Positions 20,108 through 29,185 of a stretch of DNA of 64,000 nt are shown piece after piece. The stretch comes from Methanobacteriota archaeon (GTDB taxonomy: Archaea; Thermoplasmatota; Poseidoniia; Poseidoniales; Poseidoniaceae). Both the position numbers and the translations under genes were made by a program. Location: NCBI GenBank assembly GCA_002689345.1, contig NZFU01000022.1:7687-71686 (forward strand), in the 5' to 3' direction. How positions within the stretch are numbered: the stretch's first letter is position 1; the number at the start of each line of letters is the position of its first letter. The notes beneath the pieces are model-generated. The model saw nothing but the letters and a program-made list of their open reading frames with translations. It was not told the origin of the DNA and ran no database searches.

Positions 20108-20116
20108 AAAATCACC

Positions 20117-20902
20117 TCAAATAGAGCGCATTCTTCCGCCGTCAACTGCTAATGAAACTCCCCTTATTCTACTGGATATAGGCATGCAGAGATATGCTAT
20201 TGCTGCGCCGGTTTCGAGAGGGTCAATTAAGCGTCCAATTGGAACTTGTGACATCCATCCATGATGAATCTCATCAATACTCTTTCCTGTACGTTGATTG
20301 ATAGATTTCGCTAGTGAACCTAAACGGTCTGTATCTGTGAATCCTGGAAGAACATTGTTGATTGTGATACAAGGTGGTAATTCTCGGGACAAAGATTTCG
20401 CCCAAGATGCCATTGCACCTCTAAGAGTATTCGAAAGTCCGATATTTGGTATTGGTTCTCTTACCGATGTAGAAATTATATTCACAATGCGACCCATACC
20501 AGCAGCTTCCATCAGAGGAACCATTCCTTTGACCAAAGTATGAGCAGCATGCAAGTGACGTTTGAAGGGCGCTTCGAAATCTTCGATGGTATTGTCCAGT
20601 AGAGGACCCCCTGGAGGGCCTGCTGCATTATTGATTAGTATATGGCATTCTTCAATTGAAGAAATGAATTTGTCAATTGCTTCTTGATTCTCTAAATCAA
20701 GGCTTATTCCCGTATGTCCTTCACCTTCAAGCGTAGAAACAAAATCATGTGGATTTCTGCTTATTGCAGTTATCCTTGCACCCGCCTTCGCGAGCATTTG
20801 AGCAGTTGCTGCTCCAATTCCTTTAGATGCTCCACATACGATTGCATGCTTACCTGCTAATGCGGTATTTGAAAATGGATAGTCGTTTCCTAGCCAGTCC
20901 AT
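20117..20902 (-). CDS. Short-chain dehydrogenase/reductase (SDR)
   Basis: GKHAIVCGASKGIGAATAQMLAKAGARI (a TGxxxGxG-type Rossmann motif), NNAG, and a C-terminal ...VDGG. The track start at 20974 overlaps the upstream gene by 40 nt. ATG 20902 (MDWLGNDYPF) avoids this overlap. Confidence 0.8.
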   Translation of the reverse strand: MDWLGNDYPFSNTALAGKHAIVCGASKGIGAATAQMLAKAGARITAISRNPHDFVSTLEGEGHTGISLDLENQEAIDKFISSIEECHILINNAAGPPGGPLLDNTIEDFEAPFKRHLHAAHTLVKGMVPLMEAAGMGRIVNIISTSVREPIPNIGLSNTLRGAMASWAKSLSRELPPCITINNVLPGFTDTDRLGSLAKSINQRTGKSIDEIHHGWMSQVPIGRLIDPLETGAAIAYLCMPISSRIRGVSLAVDGGRMRSI

Positions 20903-20934
20903 ACCAATGCCAAGAGGCGCATGGTATTGAACCT

Positions 20935-21690
20935 TCACAGCCAATCTCGTATCGATTCGGCTTGTGTTAGCCAATCATCACTAGCGACATCGATGATTGA
21001 AAAGTGATCTCCGGGCAACCATAACTTCTGGACATTAGCACCCTTAGCACTCATTGCTCTAGCATAAGATTCAGATTGAGTCCAAGGAACTTCATCATCG
21101 TCTTTTCCATGAATTAGAAGAACTGCAGTTTTGGGGGGGTTATCAATCGGATTTACTCTTCTCCAAATTTCTTCATTGCCTTCGGGCAAGCAACCCATCC
21201 ATCGTCGCACTGCATCGCCATCATCAGATAAATTAGCATGATCTGCAGCGACTAAATCTGCAATCGGCGCTTGTGCAATTGTTAACCAAGGTTTACGTTC
21301 TGCAACTGAAGACATCATCAAAGCAAGATGACCTCCAGCTGAATGACCCATCACCATAGAGCGAATAATGTCGATTCCTGGCAACAAGGCAAGTTGACCC
21401 CAAGCCCGCATAATATCGGAAAGGGTGTCCATCCACACCCCCTCATCTCCCGGTGACCAACGTTTGAATTCAATATTCCAGGCAGCAATACCTTGTTCTG
21501 CAAGGTCCTCTGCGATTGGAGCCATCAAATCAAGAGTGTATTCATCTTTCCAAAAACCACCATGAATCAACATCACGCATGGAACTCCCTGATCCTTTTG
21601 GTAAGGAGATGGTTCATCAGGCATATACAGATCAGCGAACTGCCAATCTTCAGCACCCCATTGCATGCGGTCTACGGCCAAACAAATCAA
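20935..21690 (-). CDS. Alpha/beta hydrolase of the HGG(F/A)W...GHSAGG type (arylformamidase/kynurenine-formamidase-like esterase)
   Basis: VMLIHGGFW (oxyanion motif), VMGHSAGGHLA (nucleophile elbow), LLIHGKDDDEVP (Asp), PGDHFS (His). The specific substrate cannot be read from the sequence. Confidence 0.7.
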   Translation of the reverse strand: MICLAVDRMQWGAEDWQFADLYMPDEPSPYQKDQGVPCVMLIHGGFWKDEYTLDLMAPIAEDLAEQGIAAWNIEFKRWSPGDEGVWMDTLSDIMRAWGQLALLPGIDIIRSMVMGHSAGGHLALMMSSVAERKPWLTIAQAPIADLVAADHANLSDDGDAVRRWMGCLPEGNEEIWRRVNPIDNPPKTAVLLIHGKDDDEVPWTQSESYARAMSAKGANVQKLWLPGDHFSIIDVASDDWLTQAESIRDWL

Positions 21691-21691
21691 C

Positions 21692-23101
21692 TCATGGTGT
21701 GACTCGACTTCGGTCTCGAGGGAATAATACGGTTTCTCTGACGTTCTTTGAACCGGTTAGAACCATGAGTAAACGTGCCACTCCCAACCCCCATCCAGCG
21801 TGAGGAGGTGCCCCGTAGCGGAAGCCGTCTGTATAGAATGAAAAGTCCACAGGATCAAGTCCTTTGTTGCGTAAATTTTGTTCTAGTACGTCGACATTGT
21901 GTTCTCTTTGGCCACCACTAGTCATTTCATCACGACCATAATTTAGATCAAATCCACGAGATAATTGCTCTCCTGTTGCCCCTACATCGCCAGGTATGTG
22001 GTGGATATAGAATGGTTTCATCTCCATTGGCCAACGTGGTAAGAAGTGGAAACCAGGATACTTTGCAGCAATAATGTCGCAGTGAGATGAATCGATATCA
22101 TCTCCCCAAGAAATATCTTCGCCTGCATCCTGAATCATCTTGATTGCATCACAATACTCGATTCGTGGGAAGGGAAGGCTAGGAACTTCTACAGTAATTG
22201 GCTCATCACCTTGACTTGCTCTGTATTCGTTGATGATTTCGATCTGGTCTTGGTCGTGTTCTGCAACCATCTTCCAGATGTGGTGAATCATTCTTTCCTG
22301 AACACACATTACATCGTCATCATTCATCCAAGCACCTTCGATATCAAAGGATATGAATTCGTTTAGATGACGATAAGTATCGTGGTTTTCCGCCCTAAAT
22401 GCTGGTCCGATTTCAAACACTCTTTCCATACCACCAAGAATTGTCAATTGTTTGTACAATTGAGGGCTTTGCGATAGGAATGCAGGAGTGTCAAAGTACA
22501 TCATAGGGAACAAATTGGTGCCACCTTCGGATGCTGAAGCAATAATTTTTGGAGAATTAATCTCCTTGAAACCTTCTGTAATCAGATGATCCCTTCCATA
22601 TTGTAGAACTTTTGACCTGAGAGTGAACATTGCATTGACATGAGATCTTCGAAGATCTAAGAATCTGTTATCCAAACGAGTATCTAATCCAATTGAAACT
22701 GTGTCGGTCACACCCAATGGTAGAGGTGTTGCAGCCTGGGCTAGAACTGTGAATTTGGATGCTACTACTTCGTAAGTTGGCGGAGGAATTGGTTCACCTT
22801 CGGCAACTTTAGGAGGGCGCTTTTGAGCTACTTCTCCTACGATTTGGACTGTTGATTCACGAGAAAGACCTTGAGCGGTTTCTAATTCTTCATCGCTTAC
22901 TCCGCCTTGCTTTAGGAAGATCTGAACACGTCCAGTTCCATCTCTTACATCCATAAAGCAAATTTTACCCTTGCCGCGGTTTGCTTCCATGTATCCACAT
23001 ACTGTAACTTCGGTTCCAACTAGGCTTTCTCCTTCACTTTGAATTTGGCTCAAAGTATGTGTTCGGAATGAGGTCGGGTGCCAAACTGTGTCGCTCGCCA
23101 T
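21692..23101 (-). CDS. aspS: Aspartyl-tRNA synthetase, archaeal/eukaryotic type (class IIb)
   Basis: An OB anticodon-binding N-domain is followed by FLDLRR, GGMERVFEIGPAFRAE (motif 2), GGQREH and GAPPHAGWGLGVARL (motif 3). Confidence 0.9.
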   Translation of the reverse strand: MASDTVWHPTSFRTHTLSQIQSEGESLVGTEVTVCGYMEANRGKGKICFMDVRDGTGRVQIFLKQGGVSDEELETAQGLSRESTVQIVGEVAQKRPPKVAEGEPIPPPTYEVVASKFTVLAQAATPLPLGVTDTVSIGLDTRLDNRFLDLRRSHVNAMFTLRSKVLQYGRDHLITEGFKEINSPKIIASASEGGTNLFPMMYFDTPAFLSQSPQLYKQLTILGGMERVFEIGPAFRAENHDTYRHLNEFISFDIEGAWMNDDDVMCVQERMIHHIWKMVAEHDQDQIEIINEYRASQGDEPITVEVPSLPFPRIEYCDAIKMIQDAGEDISWGDDIDSSHCDIIAAKYPGFHFLPRWPMEMKPFYIHHIPGDVGATGEQLSRGFDLNYGRDEMTSGGQREHNVDVLEQNLRNKGLDPVDFSFYTDGFRYGAPPHAGWGLGVARLLMVLTGSKNVRETVLFPRDRSRVTP

Positions 23102-23169
23102 GCTTAGGGCGTGACACTTTCAAACAAGAAGTCATCGCTGGTAAAAACATAGATTTGATAGAGGATAAT

Positions 23170-24414
23170 ATGGGCCCATTAAACATGGCAGGGGATTTAT
23201 TCACATCTGAGAGTGTGTCCTCTGGACATCCTGACAAATTGTGTGATGCTATCAGTGATGCGATTGTTGATGCTTGTCTGCAAATTGATTGTAATGCCCG
23301 TGTAGCGGTTGAGACTAGCGTTAAAGGTGGAATTGAAAAAGGAATTATTCTCTTAGCCGGAGAAGTAACCCTTGAAGGAAATCACCCTGATTACGAGTCA
23401 ATTGCCCGCAATACTGCTGCCAGAATTGGATATAATTCTCACGACATTGGTTTTGATGCAACTACTATTGAGCGATGTGATGTAATTCAGAAGATTACCG
23501 AGCAAGCAGCCAATATCAGTCAGGGTGTTAATAATTCTGAGCAAGGTGCTGGAGATCAAGGTATAATGTTCGGTTTTGCATGTACTGAAACAGAGGCATA
23601 TGATGACCTAAAGGGACGGTATTTCCCCTTAGCCGCTGCATTATCTCAACGCCTAACTCGAAGGATGACAAATGCTCGAGAAGATGGAACTCTTCCATGG
23701 GCTCGCCCAGATGCAAAAAGTCAGGTAACTATCGAATACCAAAATGGAGTTCCAAAAAGAGTCCACACAGTTGTAATTGCCATTCAGCACGATAAACATC
23801 TGAAAGACCGTTTCGATGGTTCAGAAGAATCAGAATTGAACTTTGTTCGGGAAGAAATTTCTAAACATGTAGTCGAACATGCAATTCCTTCAGAATTATT
23901 ACTAAATTCATACAATCTAATCGTCAATGGAACTGGAAGATTTGCTGACCCGGGCGGACCATATGCTGATGCTGGATTAACAGGCAGGAAAATTATCGTT
24001 GATACTTATGGTGGCATGGGACGACACGGTGGTGGAGCGTTTTCCGGAAAGGACCCCTCAAAGGTGGACCGCTCGGCAGCTTATGCTGCGAGGTGGGCTG
24101 CAAAGCATGTGGTTGCTGCCGGATTAGCAACACGCTGTGAAATCCAATTATCCTACGTAATTGGAGTTGCAAAACCAGTCAGTATGAGGGTCGAATCTTT
24201 CGGAACTTCACAACTAAATGATGCTGAATTGACTGAGCGTGTTAATTTGGCATTCGATTTCACACCAAAATCAATTGCTAGAGACCTGGATTTATTGCGA
24301 CCGATTTATGCTTCCACGTCCGCAGGTGGCCATTTTGGAAGAACTCCTGGTGTTGATGGAGAATTCCCTTGGGAAAAATTAGACCAGGCAAAAATCAATT
24401 TGCTTCAGAACTGA
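23170..24414 (+). CDS. metK: S-adenosylmethionine synthetase, bacterial/eukaryotic MetK type
   Basis: FTSESVSSGHPDKLCDAISDAIVDACL, GAGDQGIMFGFA, DAKSQVT, GGPYADAGLTGRKIIVDTYGG, GGGAFSGKDPSKVDRSAAYAAR. The track start at 23059 overlaps aspS. The in-frame ATG 23170 (MGPLNMAGDLF) is more plausible. Confidence 0.9.
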   Translation: MGPLNMAGDLFTSESVSSGHPDKLCDAISDAIVDACLQIDCNARVAVETSVKGGIEKGIILLAGEVTLEGNHPDYESIARNTAARIGYNSHDIGFDATTIERCDVIQKITEQAANISQGVNNSEQGAGDQGIMFGFACTETEAYDDLKGRYFPLAAALSQRLTRRMTNAREDGTLPWARPDAKSQVTIEYQNGVPKRVHTVVIAIQHDKHLKDRFDGSEESELNFVREEISKHVVEHAIPSELLLNSYNLIVNGTGRFADPGGPYADAGLTGRKIIVDTYGGMGRHGGGAFSGKDPSKVDRSAAYAARWAAKHVVAAGLATRCEIQLSYVIGVAKPVSMRVESFGTSQLNDAELTERVNLAFDFTPKSIARDLDLLRPIYASTSAGGHFGRTPGVDGEFPWEKLDQAKINLLQN

Positions 24415-24419
24415 TTTCC

Positions 24420-24438
24420 ATCGGCCCTTAGGGCCGAT
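24420..24438. other. GC-rich perfect stem-loop (8 bp, loop TTA), 5 nt after the metK stop
   Basis: ATCGGCCC-TTA-GGGCCGAT. No oligo-T follows, so it is not a canonical terminator. Confidence 0.5.
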
Positions 24439-24471
24439 TGGATGAAATGCCAGCATTGAGTCGCAAACACC

Positions 24472-27400
24472 ATGTCGCGCAGAGTGAATGCACTCATCTT
24501 GGTCATTGTAATGGCTGTTGCACCCCTAGTTCCACTAGCAAGTGCACACCCTAACATCGGTTTATCTACCGATGTGAATCATGTTATCTTGTCACCGGGT
24601 GAAGCAACCAACATAACATTAACAATCGATAATAATGGATCAACTATCGAAACCTATTCCGTTGCTGTATCTGGATTCGATTCAGTATGGGAAATTATTC
24701 CAGCAGATTCCAATGTCACCAACGTAATCCCAACATTAAGTGCATCGACGACAATCGCTGTACGTTTAGCCACTAATGCTCTGCCAAGCAATTCTGGAAC
24801 ACTAACGATCACGGTTACTGAACCTGATGCAAATATTTCGAGTTCAATCGATGTACTAATCTCGGTACAGGCCCGATATCTTCCGGCAATCGATGCATCT
24901 AGTGCAGGAGATAATGGCCTGGTTCAAATGGCACCGGGAGATGAACTAAATCTATCGATATCTGTTACAAATAATGGAAATGTCGAAGATACAATTTTGC
25001 TTTCTGTAGATCAAACCCCTGATCTGGCAGGATTTTGGGCAAACTGGACAACCTCCGGAAATCAAAGTAATAATTCTTCAAACAATGGAACTGGAAATAA
25101 TTCTAGTAGTGGAAATACAACTATTTTGAATAATGTTCTGATGTTTGGTAATAGTTATACCCAATCTAATAATTTGAATCTAATGCTTGAAGATTTTGGA
25201 ATTGTTAATGCTGATGCGATTACCTCTGGTGGACAGAAATTATCAGGGCACTGGAATAATGTAAATACTCCAAGTCATGTATCTAACACGACACTTCGCG
25301 ATAACAACACGACATGGGATTATGTGATTTTACAAGATCAAAGTCAGGTTCCTGGTTTTTATCGCTCCAATAGTGACTGGATTGATAGCAAAAATGGCGC
25401 AGTATCTTTGGCTGGTGCAATTGATGATGAAAGTTCAGAAGCGGTTCTAATGATGACATGGGGCCGCAGAAGTGGAGATACAAACAATCCAACAATGTAT
25501 TCCAATTTCTCAGTAATGCAGGATAGATTAGAGGATGGATATATCGATTATCGAGACAATATGTCGAATTCTACTATTGATGTTTGGATTGCGCCGGTGG
25601 GTCTTGCATTCCAGCATATTCACGATGCAGTTAATGCTTCAGGCACAGATCCTACTACAAGTGGAAATACATTTTACGATTTGTATAGTTCAGATGGAAG
25701 TCACCCCTCGTTGTCAGGCAGTTATCTTGCAGCATGTGTTCTCTATGCCACTATGACTGGTGCTTCACCAGTTGGTTCTAACGATTCAATTTCATTGGCT
25801 AGCAATTTGAAATTGGAGTTACAACAGGCAGCGGCTGCTACCGTATTCAATGAAACTTCACACCTTTCTTACCCATGGCAAAATAATAACGCTACAACCT
25901 TGATGTCTAGCCCTCAAGGCTGGGAAGTTAGATTCCTAGACGATACAATGGACAATATGTCTGCAGGAGAAACAAGAATGGCTACATTAAAAGTTTCAAT
26001 TCCTGCTAATGAAAATCCTGGATATTATGGATTTGAATTATTTGCAGCTAGTGCCTTAGGTAATTTTTCACTGAGCACTACCATGGTGGTTAACGTTACA
26101 GCCGTGCATGATTTATCATTCACTCATATTGCAGGAGATATGTTGCTGCCTGGAGCAAATACAACATCTACAATACAAATCACCAGCCTCTCTACAGCAG
26201 ATGGCGATTGGACTTGGCAAACCGGAATTATATCTGGCAACTGCTCTGCACATTTAGCTGATTTACAAACAATGATTCCAGCCAGTGGCACATATGATAT
26301 TGAGATTGAGATTATTGCAAGTGCTAATACGCATGTTAATGATGAATGTGAAGTCTCTCTTCAAGGAATACTAGATATTGATTCATCAATTATGGAAGAT
26401 TATCAATTTTCAGTCACCGTTGGTGAGATGTGGGCTCTATCCATGGTTCTGCCAACATCGATTAAATTAGATGTTGATGAGGCTGAAACATTCAATGTTG
26501 TAGTCAGTAATGATGGTACAGAAGAAGATACGATTTCACTTATTGGGATTGACTCTGAAGGGGTTACATTCACCAATCCATCTCCTGTAACATTAGCGAG
26601 AGGAACTTCGGTTTATGTTGTAATGGAAGTTATGATAGATTCGGCATTAGTAGGAAATATCACTCTTGATTTCACTATGTCATCGACCAACAGTGGAGTA
26701 GGGAGCATAAACGAGAGTGGATTATTCGAAGTAAAAGAATACGCTGAGTTAGCGATGACAGGACCTGCAGATGGCCGAATTGTCATCACCCCTGGACAAA
26801 ACTCCTCGGTAATGCTCAATGTATCTAATGATGGTACAAGAGATCTAGAATTGTCTGTCTCGATCAGTGGTCTACCGAATGGAATAACTGTACTGCAGGG
26901 AATAGAGAATCTAAATCTAGATGCTGGCAGTTCTTCAGATATTGAACTTGAATTACTTGCGGCTTCTGGACTTCAACCTAGTAGTGCTACTTTTACAATA
27001 ACATTTGATGGCGGATGGTCATCAACACAATTGACTATGGATTTACAAATAGCCGATCGGCATGAAGTATTGGTAGATTCTAGTGAAGATCGAATCATTG
27101 CATCGCCATTGAGTGATTCGGAACTGACGGTATTGATTACAAATTTAGGTACTTCAACCGAAACGTTCGTTGCTAACATTGACAATTCACAGGTCAATGA
27201 TTGGTTCACGATAAGTGTTGATACCCTTTCACTTACCCTTGAATCTGGACAATCTGGAAGTATTACATTATCTGCTAGAGAAATTTCAGCAGGGGCACCA
27301 GTTAGTGGTAGCCCCTTGATAATTACAATTACCAGTACCGCTGATTCTGAAGTTACAGATTCGTTAGAAATAGAAATTGTCCCACAAGTTGCTGACGGCC

Positions 27401-28383
27401 TAATCACTGTAATGAGTGATGATGATGAAGCAGAACCTGGAGAAGCAATTTATGGTAATGTAATAATTACGAATCTTGGAACAGCTACCGACTCAATGAC
27501 AATCGATACCGTTGAAATGGATTGTAATATTGATGATGTCGCAATTGAGTTGGCACCAAGTATGTCATCTTCTCCTATCCCATGGTCATGTACTATTGGA
27601 GAAAATGAAAATGCAGGAATGAATGCATTGACATTTAGATTAACTTCTGCAACTCGCTCTAATATGATGGTCACTGCAACTGAAGCTTACACTGTAGAGC
27701 CGACCTGGAGTAGCAATGTTATTGCATTTACATTCGATAAAAATGACCTTGTTTTCGATGAAAGTATCGAACAACAAACGATTTCTATAACCGTTTGCAA
27801 TCAAGCAAATACCTATGTTGAGGGGAGTTTGGAATTAATTGGAAAGAATGAGCCACAGATGGATGGATTATTCTACCGAGCAGGTGAAACTGGTATCAAT
27901 TCGACATACAGTCTTGCTAGTAACGGTTGTCAAGACTTCCGCTTGATGCTAACTCCACTAAATCTAGATGGCTTCGATGCAGTTTTGACTATCAATTCAG
28001 TTAGTCAAGTTGAGGGGCAAACTGTTCGAGATGTATCGCCTGAATTAAGAGCAGAGGTAGCAGGCCCTCATCTCCCGCCTGATGGTTTGAATTTAGGACT
28101 CTTTGAATTGGACAATAAAAACTCACTAATTCTACTATCAACCGGATGGGTTCTTTCACTCTTGTTACTGGCATATATTCGCTTATTTAGAAAGCCTGTA
28201 GCCGAAGAAGAGGAAGAAGAGGAAGAAGAAATTCCACTTGGACCAAATGAAGTTCGTGTCGATGAATACAACAAGGTCACATGTTGTTCATGTGAAGCCA
28301 GATTAGGTGTACCTGAAGGAAGTGAGCCACCATTCAGATTTACTTGTCCTAAGTGTGACACCCGAATCCGAGTTGTTGAGTAA
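24472..28383 (+). CDS. Large S-layer-like surface protein with CARDB/NEW3-like Ig-fold repeats, an inserted SGNH/DUF4886-like domain, a C-terminal TM anchor, and a poly-Glu + zinc-ribbon cytoplasmic tail
   Basis: The signal peptide is MSRRVNALILVIVMAVAPLVPLASA. Repeats of the type LSPGEATNITLTIDNNGSTIETYSV and VVSNDGTEEDTISL occur. The SGNH-like block spans nt 25126-25776. The TM is LILLSTGWVLSLLLLAYI. E9 spans 28204-28230. CCSC...CPKC spans 28276-28356. Confidence 0.85.
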   Translation: MSRRVNALILVIVMAVAPLVPLASAHPNIGLSTDVNHVILSPGEATNITLTIDNNGSTIETYSVAVSGFDSVWEIIPADSNVTNVIPTLSASTTIAVRLATNALPSNSGTLTITVTEPDANISSSIDVLISVQARYLPAIDASSAGDNGLVQMAPGDELNLSISVTNNGNVEDTILLSVDQTPDLAGFWANWTTSGNQSNNSSNNGTGNNSSSGNTTILNNVLMFGNSYTQSNNLNLMLEDFGIVNADAITSGGQKLSGHWNNVNTPSHVSNTTLRDNNTTWDYVILQDQSQVPGFYRSNSDWIDSKNGAVSLAGAIDDESSEAVLMMTWGRRSGDTNNPTMYSNFSVMQDRLEDGYIDYRDNMSNSTIDVWIAPVGLAFQHIHDAVNASGTDPTTSGNTFYDLYSSDGSHPSLSGSYLAACVLYATMTGASPVGSNDSISLASNLKLELQQAAAATVFNETSHLSYPWQNNNATTLMSSPQGWEVRFLDDTMDNMSAGETRMATLKVSIPANENPGYYGFELFAASALGNFSLSTTMVVNVTAVHDLSFTHIAGDMLLPGANTTSTIQITSLSTADGDWTWQTGIISGNCSAHLADLQTMIPASGTYDIEIEIIASANTHVNDECEVSLQGILDIDSSIMEDYQFSVTVGEMWALSMVLPTSIKLDVDEAETFNVVVSNDGTEEDTISLIGIDSEGVTFTNPSPVTLARGTSVYVVMEVMIDSALVGNITLDFTMSSTNSGVGSINESGLFEVKEYAELAMTGPADGRIVITPGQNSSVMLNVSNDGTRDLELSVSISGLPNGITVLQGIENLNLDAGSSSDIELELLAASGLQPSSATFTITFDGGWSSTQLTMDLQIADRHEVLVDSSEDRIIASPLSDSELTVLITNLGTSTETFVANIDNSQVNDWFTISVDTLSLTLESGQSGSITLSAREISAGAPVSGSPLIITITSTADSEVTDSLEIEIVPQVADGLITVMSDDDEAEPGEAIYGNVIITNLGTATDSMTIDTVEMDCNIDDVAIELAPSMSSSPIPWSCTIGENENAGMNALTFRLTSATRSNMMVTATEAYTVEPTWSSNVIAFTFDKNDLVFDESIEQQTISITVCNQANTYVEGSLELIGKNEPQMDGLFYRAGETGINSTYSLASNGCQDFRLMLTPLNLDGFDAVLTINSVSQVEGQTVRDVSPELRAEVAGPHLPPDGLNLGLFELDNKNSLILLSTGWVLSLLLLAYIRLFRKPVAEEEEEEEEEIPLGPNEVRVDEYNKVTCCSCEARLGVPEGSEPPFRFTCPKCDTRIRVVE
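28204..28230 (+). repeat. Coding GAA/GAG run (nine consecutive Glu codons)
   Basis: gaa gaa gag gaa gaa gag gaa gaa gaa lies directly after the TM anchor of the 24472-28383 protein. Confidence 0.9.
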
Positions 28384-29148
28384 TCATCTCTTTTGAGCAA
28401 ATAAAAGGAAGGCTGTGTGGCCAAACGGACCATTGACAGGACGCATCCCGCCTTTGGAGGTTGTTCCCCATTGTCGTTCGATCAATTCACCAGCCCATTC
28501 AACAACTAGGCCAGCCTCTTCACATGATTTCCAGCACGCCTCTAGTTGCGAAGTTGTAGGTGCATAACAAGCGAGTCTACCTCCGTAATTCAGTTTAGGG
28601 GCGCAAGCCGAAATGGCAGGGGAGTGGACTGGCATATCGAGAATAATTGCGTCTAGATTCAAATCAGGAACTACATCTTCCACCATCCCTTCTAAATGCG
28701 TATGTTTAGGGAATTCTGCAAAACATTCACTCACTCTTTGAAGATTTAACAATCCAATTTTAGCATGCTCGTTTCTTGGTTCTGCTGTGACTAAATGTCC
28801 AGAGGAGCCTAGTACTCTAGCAAGGTGCATTGAAAGTCCACCTGAGCCCAACCCCGCCTCTAAAACGGTATCTCCAGAGCCAATTCCTAATTTTGTTATG
28901 AAAGCGCCAGCATCTTTGGAGGATATTGTCTGTGCTCTTCTAGCCATTCCAGAAATTAATTCAGGTAATCTTGGAGGTAGAATTCGCAGATATTTCTGAC
29001 CGATTAAAACCTCATCTCCTATAGCCGAATCTTTGAGTAGTGTAGCGGTATTGAACACTCCTAAACCCTTGTGTTTAACCATCTCATCGATTACTTCGAC
29101 AACATAAATCCGCCCCTCAGGTTCCATCAGGACTGCGTACTCTGCCAT
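28384..29148 (-). CDS. trmI: tRNA (adenine-N1)-methyltransferase, TrmI/Gcd14 family
   Basis: An N-terminal beta-domain (GRIYVVEV...) is followed by a SAM-binding motif VLEAGLGSGGLSMHLARVLGSSGHLVTAE and then DAIILDMP. The length (254 aa) is typical. Confidence 0.8.
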   Translation of the reverse strand: MAEYAVLMEPEGRIYVVEVIDEMVKHKGLGVFNTATLLKDSAIGDEVLIGQKYLRILPPRLPELISGMARRAQTISSKDAGAFITKLGIGSGDTVLEAGLGSGGLSMHLARVLGSSGHLVTAEPRNEHAKIGLLNLQRVSECFAEFPKHTHLEGMVEDVVPDLNLDAIILDMPVHSPAISACAPKLNYGGRLACYAPTTSQLEACWKSCEEAGLVVEWAGELIERQWGTTSKGGMRPVNGPFGHTAFLLFAQKR

Positions 29149-29185
29149 GCAACTCCGAGGAGAATGATACCAAGAACGATTCGCA

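Noticed and set aside
21133-21139. A G7 (C7 on the coding strand) homopolymer inside the alpha/beta hydrolase gene, considered as a possible phase-variation site.
   Set aside because: The run encodes in-frame Pro-Pro (DNPPK), and the reading frame is intact with all catalytic motifs. There is no evidence for slippage from a single sequence.
23059-23169. A 37-aa N-terminal extension of the metK ORF.
   Set aside because: It overlaps the 5' end of aspS on the opposite strand and has no MetK homology. The canonical MetK N-terminus follows ATG 23170.
26973-27407. Antisense shadow ORFs of 140-160 aa inside long genes. Besides this one they are at 32043-32477, 33754-34194, 35818-36297, 44231-44680, 48878-49357, 52948-53439 and 58302-58772.
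   Set aside because: Each is fully nested opposite a gene with strong family motifs, and is Ser/Ile/Pro-rich low-complexity with no recognisable motif. These are typical frame-shadow artefacts.
28204-28230. The Glu-codon run as a slippage-prone microsatellite.
   Set aside because: It is a mixed GAA/GAG series rather than a pure repeat. It fits the general acidic juxtamembrane pattern seen in the other tails, so it is recorded as a coding low-complexity repeat only.
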